A stretch of 64,000 nucleotides of DNA from Gemmatimonadales bacterium. Its GTDB lineage: Bacteria > Gemmatimonadota > Gemmatimonadetes > Gemmatimonadales > GWC2-71-9. The notes beneath the pieces were generated by a model. The model saw only the letters and a program-made list of their open reading frames with translations. It was not told where the DNA came from and made no database searches. The DNA lies in contig DATBFV010000125.1 of the NCBI GenBank assembly GCA_036558345.1, positions 10,848-74,847 of the forward strand, in the 5' to 3' direction. Shown here piece after piece: positions 26,409-34,523 of this stretch. Every line of letters begins with the position of its first letter. Position 1 is the stretch's first letter. Both the position numbers and the translations under genes were made by a program.

Positions 26409-29180
26409 CTACGCCGCGTCCGAGGTGGAGAAGATGTGCTGCAGATCGATCGCGGTGCGCGCGTGCAGGCGCGCGCGCTGCGCGAAGGGCCCGCCAGGAT
26501 CGATCCGCGTGACGCGCTCCCAGGCATCCACGGCCTCACCGTAGCGCTGTAGCCGCGCGAGGGTCGCGCCGAGGTAGAACAGCGCCCCGGTATGCTCCGG
26601 ATCGAATTTGAGCGCGCGCCGGAACGCCTCGAGCGCCTCAGCGCCGCGCTTGTCGTCGAGCAGCGTGCGACCCAGCAGCAGCAGCGCATCCAGGTCGTAC
26701 GGGTCCTGCTCCAACATTTCGGCCAGCCGCACGACGGCAGCGCGCAAGCTCCCCATGCGACGCAGTAAGTCGCCCAAGGCCAGCGCCGCTTCGTGGAATG
26801 TCGGCAGCGCATCCAGCGCCGCTTCATACGCCCGCTGTGCGTCTATCCAGGCTTCATCATGCTCATGCAAGCGGCCCAGCTCGAGCCACACCTGCACGAA
26901 TCCCTGGTCCAAGTCGAGCGCGGCACGGTACGCCGCGCGTGCGCCTTGGTTGTCGCCGACTTTGAGAGCGATGTCGCCCTGCAGCTTGTGCAAATCGGCA
27001 CGCGCCGGCGCACGCGTCTGGGCCTGACGCAGCGCCGTCAATGCTCCCGCGGCATCGCCGGTGGCGGCTCGCGCCTTGGCGGCCGCGACCAGCACCTCGA
27101 CATCCTCAGGCGCCTTGACGACCAGGTCTTCCGCGATCGGCAACGCCTCGGCTCCGCGGTGCAGGGCGAGCAGACTCTTCACCTCGCCGAGCGCGGCGGC
27201 GGCGTTCGCCGCGTCCAGCGTGCGCGCTTCGCGGTAGCGCTCCAATGCTTCACCATGGAGCCCGCGGCGCGCGTAGATTTCGCCGATCAGCGTGCCGGCT
27301 TGCCCCTTGTCCGCGCCGCGCTGCACCGCGCGCATCGCCTCCGCGACCGCGAGGTCCATCATTCCCTTGCTCACATAATCACGCGCCAGCGCGAGCGGAT
27401 CGTCCGCTTTCTTGGCCAGACCGGCGGGAGCGGCCTGTGGGGCCGACGCTGCCGGTTGCAGGTCGCGGAAGATGTTGTCGAGCAGGCGCTGATCGAACGC
27501 GAACTCCCCGGCGAGGTTCTCCGCCGCGACGTCGGCCGAGATCTCGGGGACGATCCCGATCGCGACGGTCTCATACTGGAGATCGATCGCCAGCGCGAAC
27601 TTCTGCGACACGTAGTAGGGGTCGAGCTCGAGCGCGCGCTTGGTGGCGCGTAGCGCGCCGTCGTAATCACCCAGATTCGACAGTGTGAAGCTGAGATTGT
27701 AGTGCGCACCGGCATTCTGTGGATCGGATTCCACCGCGCGCACAAACGCATTCCGCGCATCCACAAACCGCTTGAGCTCCACCAGCACGAGGCCTACGCC
27801 GTTCCACGCCGGGGCGGAGTTGGACTGCTCGGCCAGCACCTGGCGATACGCTTCGAGCGCGAGCTGAAAGCGCCGCAGGTGCGTCAGCAGCAACGCGAGG
27901 TTCAGCCGCGCGCCAACGAACTGCGGGGAGAGCTGCAGCGCCTTGCGGAATGCCTCGATGGCCTCGTCCGTGTTGCCTTGATGCGCGAGCACCACACCGA
28001 CGTTGTTCCACGCGAGCGCGTAGCGTGGGTCCACCTCCGTCGCCTGGCGGTACGAGGTCAGCGCCTCGGCGGTCCGGCCGGCCTGATGTAGCACCACGCC
28101 GCGCTCATTCCACAGCTTCGGCGATTCCGGGACTTCGTGGATCAACGATTCGTAGAGCTCCAACGCGTCCGGGAAATCGCGCTTGAGGAGATGGACCTCG
28201 GCCATCGCCTGCCGAACGAGGCGCCGGTCTTCGCCGCGCTCGATCGCGAGCCGGTACTCGCGCAACGCCTCCGTGTAGTAGCCCTTCTGCCGGAACGCGA
28301 GACCCAGGTTGTAGTGGGCCAGCTCGCTGCCTTCGGCGACCTCGGGCGGGGGCTGCTCGCGGAGGCGATGCTCAGCCGACTGGCGCTCGGCGCGATAGCG
28401 CTCGAGCGAGAGGTTGGTTTGCGCGCGGGCGAGCGGCGGATTGAGTTGAATCGCGCGCTTCGAGGCGGCGCGCGCGTCCTGGTGCCGGCCCATGTCGCCC
28501 AGGACGAACGCCATCAGATAATGCGCGTTGGCATTGTCAGGGTTGAGCGCGACCGCGCGCTCCAGCGCGGTGAGCGCCGGCTCGTTCAGCCCGCGATTGT
28601 AGTAGACCTCGCCGAGGTAGAACTGCACGACGGACGAATCCGGCTCTTGCTCGACCGCGCGCACAAACCACTCCGTCGCAACCTCCAGACGGCCGCGCGA
28701 TTTCTCGGCGAGCCCCAGCTGGATGATGGCGGCGACATCGTTCGGCTTGTGGGCGAGCAGCTCCTCGAACTCCGCGACCGCCTCCTCGAATGCGCCGAGG
28801 ATCGCGTAGGTGCGGCCCAGCTCCCAGCGCGCGTCCCGTTCGTCGGGTGCGCCGCGCAACCGCTCCTGCAGCTCCGCGACGCGGTGGTCGTAATAGCCGG
28901 TATTGTGGTAGGCGATCTCGAGGTTGCGTTGCGCGACCTGCATGCGCGGGTCCAGCTCAAGGGCGCGCGTGAACTGCTCAATGGCCTCGGGGACGAGCCC
29001 CTTCTGATAGTAGAGGACCCCGAGATTGTTGTGCGCGCCGGCATCGGACGGATCGATCCGGCGCGCGAACGAGCGAAGGACCGCGAGGTCGCGCTCGGAA
29101 ACCGGACGGGGGGGCGATGGAGAAGCCGGGGCGGGCGCTGTGGGCGAACCCGAGGAGGGCGTCGCGTGAGGCGCCGTCAC
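26409..29180 (-). CDS. Large TPR repeat protein (923 aa)
   Basis: Continuous TPR consensus units (AHNNLGVLYYQKG, AHYNLGLAFRQKGYY, AWNNVGVVLAHQG and others). GTG start at 29180. Confidence 0.85.
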   Translation of the reverse strand: MTAPHATPSSGSPTAPAPASPSPPRPVSERDLAVLRSFARRIDPSDAGAHNNLGVLYYQKGLVPEAIEQFTRALELDPRMQVAQRNLEIAYHNTGYYDHRVAELQERLRGAPDERDARWELGRTYAILGAFEEAVAEFEELLAHKPNDVAAIIQLGLAEKSRGRLEVATEWFVRAVEQEPDSSVVQFYLGEVYYNRGLNEPALTALERAVALNPDNANAHYLMAFVLGDMGRHQDARAASKRAIQLNPPLARAQTNLSLERYRAERQSAEHRLREQPPPEVAEGSELAHYNLGLAFRQKGYYTEALREYRLAIERGEDRRLVRQAMAEVHLLKRDFPDALELYESLIHEVPESPKLWNERGVVLHQAGRTAEALTSYRQATEVDPRYALAWNNVGVVLAHQGNTDEAIEAFRKALQLSPQFVGARLNLALLLTHLRRFQLALEAYRQVLAEQSNSAPAWNGVGLVLVELKRFVDARNAFVRAVESDPQNAGAHYNLSFTLSNLGDYDGALRATKRALELDPYYVSQKFALAIDLQYETVAIGIVPEISADVAAENLAGEFAFDQRLLDNIFRDLQPAASAPQAAPAGLAKKADDPLALARDYVSKGMMDLAVAEAMRAVQRGADKGQAGTLIGEIYARRGLHGEALERYREARTLDAANAAAALGEVKSLLALHRGAEALPIAEDLVVKAPEDVEVLVAAAKARAATGDAAGALTALRQAQTRAPARADLHKLQGDIALKVGDNQGARAAYRAALDLDQGFVQVWLELGRLHEHDEAWIDAQRAYEAALDALPTFHEAALALGDLLRRMGSLRAAVVRLAEMLEQDPYDLDALLLLGRTLLDDKRGAEALEAFRRALKFDPEHTGALFYLGATLARLQRYGEAVDAWERVTRIDPGGPFAQRARLHARTAIDLQHIFSTSDAA

Positions 29181-29183
29181 CGT

Positions 29184-29801
29184 TCAGCTCAACCGGATGG
29201 CGTCGAAAATCGCTTTGAGGGACGCCAGGTCGGGCAACAGCAGGAAGTGACCGCGCAACCCGTCCCGCGCATCGATATTGAATTCCGTCTCGACGCAAAA
29301 CACGAAGTCGCGGTCGTGCCCGAAGTTCAAATACGTCGTCGTCAGGACAGCGGCCGAGAGATCCACGACCAGGCTGGGCACCGAAGGCAGCAGCAACATC
29401 CCCATGAATTCCGACAGCGCGTTCATGTAGGCGCCGGAAAGGATGTTGCCCGCTTCCTTGAGGCACGATTGCTCGAGCGTTTCGAACGTCTTCGTCGTGC
29501 CGAGCGGCCGCTTGAGCAGCATGTCGCATAACTGCCGCCCGACCGTCTCTGGAAACAGCAGCAGGGTGCGGCCCGTGAGGTCGCCGAGCATGTGCATGAG
29601 AACCGCGGTGACCACTTCCTGCGGATCTCCGATCAGCCCCGAGACCTCTTCCAGCCTCGCGATGTTGATCCGGGGCACGGAAATCATGATGCGCCGGTGC
29701 GTGAGCTGCGACAACGCCGTCGCGGCGTGGCCCGCACCGATGTTGGCCACTTCCTTGAGCGCGTCGAGCTGCAGCGCTTTCAGATCACGGACGTCTTCCA
29801 T
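29184..29801 (-). CDS. cheC: CheY-P phosphatase CheC
   Basis: 205 aa. Two ExxN active-site repeats: LKEVANIGAGHAATALS and LKEAGNILSGAYMNALS. Confidence 0.85.
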   Translation of the reverse strand: MEDVRDLKALQLDALKEVANIGAGHAATALSQLTHRRIMISVPRINIARLEEVSGLIGDPQEVVTAVLMHMLGDLTGRTLLLFPETVGRQLCDMLLKRPLGTTKTFETLEQSCLKEAGNILSGAYMNALSEFMGMLLLPSVPSLVVDLSAAVLTTTYLNFGHDRDFVFCVETEFNIDARDGLRGHFLLLPDLASLKAIFDAIRLS

Positions 29802-29808
29802 GAGTCTC

Positions 29809-31731
29809 CTAGACCAGTCCAGCGGCGTCGAGAATCAGAGCGGGCACGCCATCGCCCATGATGGTGGCTCCACTGAACACCGGCAATGTACCCTCGGGGG
29901 CGTCGAATCCCTTCACGACGATCTCCTGCTGGCTCAGCATGCCGTCCACGACGATGCCGGCCCGGCGCTCACCCATCTCGAGAACAATCACGGGTCGCCG
30001 GGGAGGCGGCGCGGGTGCGCCACCATTCGTGCCGAGCAGCTTGCGCAGATCGATGAGCGGCACCACGCGATCACGCAATACGATCGCGTCGCGTCCTTCC
30101 ATCGTGGTGGTCGGCGTCGTGCCGTACTCGACCGTCTCGGCGACATAGGTGAGCGGCAGCGCATAGCGCTCCTGCCCCACCGCCGCGATCAAGGCGCGGA
30201 CGATCGCGAGCGTGACCGGCAGCCGGAGCACGAACGCGGTGCCCTTCCCCGGTTCCGTGCGGATTTCGATCGATCCGCCGAGCGCGCGGATGCGCGTCAT
30301 GGCGACATCGATACCGACGCCTCGACCGGACACGCTCGTGACGGACTCCGCCGTCGAGAACCCGGGCCGCGCCAGCACGCGCAGCAGCTGGTCATCGGAC
30401 AGCGAATCGACCTTCGGACCGACGATGCCTTCGCGCTTCGCCTTCGCGAGGATCTTCACGCGATCGATGCCGCGGCCATCGTCCGAAATACTGATCGCCA
30501 CGCTGGATCGCTCGCGTACCGCCGCCAGGACGACCTCGCCCTCGGGGTTCTTCTTGCGCCGCTTCCGCTCGGCGGGCGGCTCGATGCCGTGATCGACGGC
30601 GTTGCGCAACAGATGCATGAGCGGATCGCCGAGCTCGTCGAGGATTTCGCGATCGAGCTCGATCTCCTTCCCCTCGACCCGAAATGAGACCTGCTTGCCG
30701 AGCTGACGCGCGACGTCGCGCACCAGCCGGGGGAAACGGTCGAATACCTGCCACACCGGCGTCATGCGCGCCTGGATGATTTCGTTTTGCAGATCGGCGG
30801 AGAGCCGCGAGATCTGAATCGCGACTTCGTCGATCTCAGGATCACCGCCTCGACCGATCCAGCGGGCTGCGAGCTCGTTCAGGCGGCCGCGCTCGGTGAC
30901 GAGCTCACCGATCAAGTCCATGAGCGTGTCGAGGCGGCGCAGGTCGACGCGGATGTGCCGGCTGCGTCCGGCGCCGCCCGCGCCCGCGCCGCCCGCCCCA
31001 CCGACCTCTGCCGCGCCGAGCGGACCCTCGTCCACCGCGCTACCCACCGTGACGTGCTCGACGTCCCCAACGGACCGAATCGCCGCCTCGATATCGGCCG
31101 GCGAAGCAGCCGTGTCGAGCTCGAGGACGAAATGCCCATCGAAATCGTCCGACTCAAACGTGGTGGCAGGCGGCTGCACCCGGACGACCGAACCCAGGCC
31201 TTGGGCCTTGCGCAGCGCCAGCATCGCGCGGCCACCTTTGAGCGGCGCTTCGGGGCGAATCTGCACGCTGATGAGCCTCCCAGAGCCAGCCGGGGCCGCG
31301 ATGGCATCGGCGGCGGGAGGCGGCGATGGGGCGGCGGATGCGGAGACGGGCTGCTTGACCGACACCCCATCGATGGCGGCAAGCACGCCGGCGAGATCGG
31401 CTTCGCGCTCACGTCCCGCGACAGCGAGTCCGACGGCTTTCTCGAGCGCATCGGTGGCGCGAAACAGCAGCTGGATGATCTCGTCGCTGGGCGCCTTGCC
31501 GCCGCGCCGGAGGTGGTCGAGCAGGTTCTCCATGCGATGCGCGAGGTCGGCGACGCGGCCGTAACCCATCGTGGCCGCCATGCCCTTGATCGTATGGACG
31601 GCGCGAAACAGCCCGCCGACGGGCTCCAGCGCGGCAGGGTTCCGCTCCCACTCGAGCAACAGCTGATTGCAGGCGCTCAAGTGCTCGCGGCTCTCGGCCA
31701 GGAACAGCTCGGCGTACTGCGACAGATCCAT
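29809..31731 (-). CDS. cheA: Chemotaxis histidine kinase CheA
   Basis: 640 aa. Hpt (FRAVHTIKGMAATMG), dimerisation domain, HATPase (DDGRGID, SGRGVGIDV), C-terminal CheW-like P5. Confidence 0.93.
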   Translation of the reverse strand: MDLSQYAELFLAESREHLSACNQLLLEWERNPAALEPVGGLFRAVHTIKGMAATMGYGRVADLAHRMENLLDHLRRGGKAPSDEIIQLLFRATDALEKAVGLAVAGREREADLAGVLAAIDGVSVKQPVSASAAPSPPPAADAIAAPAGSGRLISVQIRPEAPLKGGRAMLALRKAQGLGSVVRVQPPATTFESDDFDGHFVLELDTAASPADIEAAIRSVGDVEHVTVGSAVDEGPLGAAEVGGAGGAGAGGAGRSRHIRVDLRRLDTLMDLIGELVTERGRLNELAARWIGRGGDPEIDEVAIQISRLSADLQNEIIQARMTPVWQVFDRFPRLVRDVARQLGKQVSFRVEGKEIELDREILDELGDPLMHLLRNAVDHGIEPPAERKRRKKNPEGEVVLAAVRERSSVAISISDDGRGIDRVKILAKAKREGIVGPKVDSLSDDQLLRVLARPGFSTAESVTSVSGRGVGIDVAMTRIRALGGSIEIRTEPGKGTAFVLRLPVTLAIVRALIAAVGQERYALPLTYVAETVEYGTTPTTTMEGRDAIVLRDRVVPLIDLRKLLGTNGGAPAPPPRRPVIVLEMGERRAGIVVDGMLSQQEIVVKGFDAPEGTLPVFSGATIMGDGVPALILDAAGLV

Positions 31732-31734
31732 GGG

Positions 31735-32097
31735 CTAGCCGAGCACGCGCTGGACGGCTTCGAGAACGCGAGAGGGTTGGAACGGCTTTACGACGAAGTC
31801 TTTGGCGCCGGCCTGAATCGCCTCGACGACCAGCGCTTGCTGGCCCATCGCGCTGCACATCAGGATCTTCGCGTCGGGATCCTGCTTCACGATCTCGCGG
31901 ACGGCGTCGATCCCACCCATGTCGGGCATCACGATGTCCATCGTGACGAGGTCGGGCTTGAGCTGACGATACTTCTCGACGGCCTGCGTGCCGGTCTCCG
32001 CTTCGCCGACGACCTCGAATCCTGCTTGCGCCAGGATGTCGGTGATCATCGTACGCATGAAGATGGCATCGTCACAGACGAGAACCGTATGGCTCAC
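31735..32097 (-). CDS. cheY: Single-domain response regulator CheY
   Basis: 120 aa. VLVCDDAIFMR, LVTMDIVMPDMGG, FVVKPF. Confidence 0.9.
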   Translation of the reverse strand: MSHTVLVCDDAIFMRTMITDILAQAGFEVVGEAETGTQAVEKYRQLKPDLVTMDIVMPDMGGIDAVREIVKQDPDAKILMCSAMGQQALVVEAIQAGAKDFVVKPFQPSRVLEAVQRVLG

Positions 32098-32107
32098 AGC
32101 TCGCTCC

Positions 32108-32602
32108 TTAAGTAGTCAGAATCGGCCCCAACAGCGCGGCGACGTCCAGCAGGATAAACAGCTCGCCGTGTCGCCGTCCCACCGCTCGGACAAGAGTCGG
32201 GTCGACGCCGGGCAGACCCTTACCATCCTCCAGCGTCGCCTCGGTGACGGCCAGGACGTCCAGCACCTCGTCCACCGTAAAACCAATCAGCTTTCTGCCG
32301 GCTCCTGCTGCCTCCTTCGACCCGTTTCCCGGTGCGACCTCGAGGAGGAGCGTCGAACCGGCGTCTTCAGACGATGCTGGCTGGGAGGTCTCGGTAGGGG
32401 CAAGCGCACGCAGCCCTTCCACGACCGTCACCAGTGTGCCGCGGACATTCACGAGCCCCGCCACGACCGGGGGCGCGCCCGGGATACGCGTCGTTGGGAG
32501 GCGCGGGAGTATCTCCCGCACTTGATCCACCTCGGCTGCGCACGCCAGTGTCCCGACGCGGAACACCAAGAGGCGAGCGGAAACGAGGCTTCCGTCAGTC
32601 AT
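32108..32602 (-). CDS. CheW-like coupling protein (third copy)
   Basis: Start trimmed to the ATG at 32602. LLVFRVGTLACAAEVDQVREIL...GLVNVRGTLVTVV. Confidence 0.8.
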   Translation of the reverse strand: MTDGSLVSARLLVFRVGTLACAAEVDQVREILPRLPTTRIPGAPPVVAGLVNVRGTLVTVVEGLRALAPTETSQPASSEDAGSTLLLEVAPGNGSKEAAGAGRKLIGFTVDEVLDVLAVTEATLEDGKGLPGVDPTLVRAVGRRHGELFILLDVAALLGPILTT

Positions 32603-33599
32603 CGGATGCGAAGAAGCCAAGATACTGCAAGGGGTTAACCTGAGCAAGCAAATTCGCGTCGCCGGCCGCTTCGGCGAGCGCGGGACGCAAGTCTTCGGGC
32701 CATTCTGACGTGAGGCGCAGCGCCTCGCCCGTCACCGGATGCGCAAATGAGAGCGCGGCGGCGTGCAGGAGCTGCCGCGGCGCGAGCGCCTCGAGCCGCT
32801 CGGCTTCGACCCGCGCCGATGGCGTGACGCGCCGGCTCCCCCCAAACGTGTACTCGCGGTCGCCGACGATCGGACAGCCCACGTGCGCCAGGTGGACGCG
32901 AATCTGATGGGTCCGGCCCGTGCCGAGTCGGACGCGCAACAGGTCGGCGTGCGCGAACCGCGCGACCACGGTCGCGTGCGTCACGGCGTGCCTGCCGCCC
33001 TCTGCGACCGTCATGCGCTTGCGCTCTTTTGGATGCCGGGCAATCGGAGCTTCGATGTCGACCGGACTCTTACGCAGATGGCCCCACACGAGCGCGGCGT
33101 ACACGCGGTTGACTTCGCGCCGCTCGATCGCGCCCGCGAGCCGCCGGTGCGCGAGATCGCTTTTGGCGACGACGAGCAAGCCCGATGTGTCGCGATCGAG
33201 CCGATGGACGATGCCCGGACGACCCTCGCTCGACCCGCTCGACAATTCGGTGCCGCGCCCCACGAGCACGTTGACGAGCGTGTCGTTCCAGTGGCCCGGT
33301 CCCGGATGCACCACCAGCCCGGCAGGCTTGTCGAGCACGGCAAGGTGCTCGTCTTCGTAGACGAAATTCAAAACGGTGTGCGAAGGCGCGTAGCTGCGCG
33401 GGGGGTGCTCGTCAGGGATCGCGACGGTCACCTCCGTCCCCGGCTCGAGCACGGCGGACGCGCGCAGCGCCTTCCCGCGAGCGGTCACGCGCTTGTCGGC
33501 GATGAGGCGTCCTGCTTGGGTACGAGAAAAAGCGAGCTGGTCGGCGAGAAAACGATCGAGGCGTTCGGTCGTGCGAACAACACAAAACGTGATGTTCAA
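32595..33599 (-). CDS. rluD: 23S rRNA pseudouridine synthase, RluA/RluD family
   Basis: S4-like N-terminus, HRLDRDTSGLLVVAK catalytic motif, THQIRVH. Start placed at the TTG 33599 overlapping the lspA TGA; the longer track ORF is an Arg-rich artefact. Confidence 0.85.
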   Translation of the reverse strand: MNITFCVVRTTERLDRFLADQLAFSRTQAGRLIADKRVTARGKALRASAVLEPGTEVTVAIPDEHPPRSYAPSHTVLNFVYEDEHLAVLDKPAGLVVHPGPGHWNDTLVNVLVGRGTELSSGSSEGRPGIVHRLDRDTSGLLVVAKSDLAHRRLAGAIERREVNRVYAALVWGHLRKSPVDIEAPIARHPKERKRMTVAEGGRHAVTHATVVARFAHADLLRVRLGTGRTHQIRVHLAHVGCPIVGDREYTFGGSRRVTPSARVEAERLEALAPRQLLHAAALSFAHPVTGEALRLTSEWPEDLRPALAEAAGDANLLAQVNPLQYLGFFASDD

Positions 33600-34111
33600 G
33601 GTTCGGCGGCGCTCGCCTCCTTCGCCCGTTGCTGCGCGCGGCCTTCCTGCCAGAGCGAGAGACCGAGCGCGATCGCACCGATCGTGATCGCCGAATCGGC
33701 GACGTTGAACGTGGGCCAGCGCCAGGCCCCCACGCCCACGTCGACGAAGTCGACGACGCCCTGCGCGCTGCGGATGCGGTCGATCAGATTGCCCACCGCG
33801 CCTCCGCACACCAGGGCGAGCGCCATCAGCCGGAACCGGTCACCAGGGCGCGTGCCCCGCACCAGGGACGCGAGCACGAACAGCGCGATGACGGCGAGGC
33901 CGAGGAAGATCCAGCGGGAGTTCTCGCCGACGTGCAGACCGAAGGCGGCGCCTTCGTTGTAGACGAGGCGAAACTGCACGGCATCGCCGATCACCGACAG
34001 CGGCAGGCGCCGCGCCAGGAATGACTCGGCGATCAGCTTGGTGACAAAATCGGAAGCGACCACGGCGACGGTCGTTCCCCAGAACAGCCGGCGCTCAGCG
34101 GCGCTTACCAT
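33596..34111 (-). CDS. lspA: Lipoprotein signal peptidase II
   Basis: 171 aa. VYNEGAAFG and FNVADSAITIG motifs; 4 TM segments. Confidence 0.9.
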   Translation of the reverse strand: MVSAAERRLFWGTTVAVVASDFVTKLIAESFLARRLPLSVIGDAVQFRLVYNEGAAFGLHVGENSRWIFLGLAVIALFVLASLVRGTRPGDRFRLMALALVCGGAVGNLIDRIRSAQGVVDFVDVGVGAWRWPTFNVADSAITIGAIALGLSLWQEGRAQQRAKEASAAEP

Positions 34112-34523
34112 CTTCCTCTTTCGCCTTGCACTTGATGCAGAGCCGTGCGTGGGGGAGTGCGTCGAGACGGTCGAACCCGATCATCTCGCCGCACTGCTCG
34201 CAGCGGCCAAATTTTTCCGGCGCCTTGTACAGCCGGCGCAGCGCCTCGTTCACGTGCCAGAGGTAGCGGCCTTCCTGCGACGCGAACAAGAACGCCTTCT
34301 CGCGTTCCATGGCATCGGTGCCCTGATCGGCCATATGAAAGGAGTAACTAGACAGGTCGCCGTCGGAGGCCTGGAGGCTCGAGTTGAACGATTCGCCGTA
34401 GTGCCCCAGCTCTTTGATGACGCGAGCGCGCTCTTCGAGCAGCCGCTTCTCGAGATGGGTCAACTGCTTCTTGTTGAGGCCGGCTGGAGCCTTGGCCTTC
34501 GCCTTGGTCGACTTAGTCGGCAT
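34095..34523 (-). CDS. DksA/TraR-family C4 zinc-finger protein
   Basis: 142 aa. CEQCGEMI...CIKC zinc finger. Sits between ileS and lspA, as ylyA does in Bacillus. Confidence 0.8.
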   Translation of the reverse strand: MPTKSTKAKAKAPAGLNKKQLTHLEKRLLEERARVIKELGHYGESFNSSLQASDGDLSSYSFHMADQGTDAMEREKAFLFASQEGRYLWHVNEALRRLYKAPEKFGRCEQCGEMIGFDRLDALPHARLCIKCKAKEEDGKRR

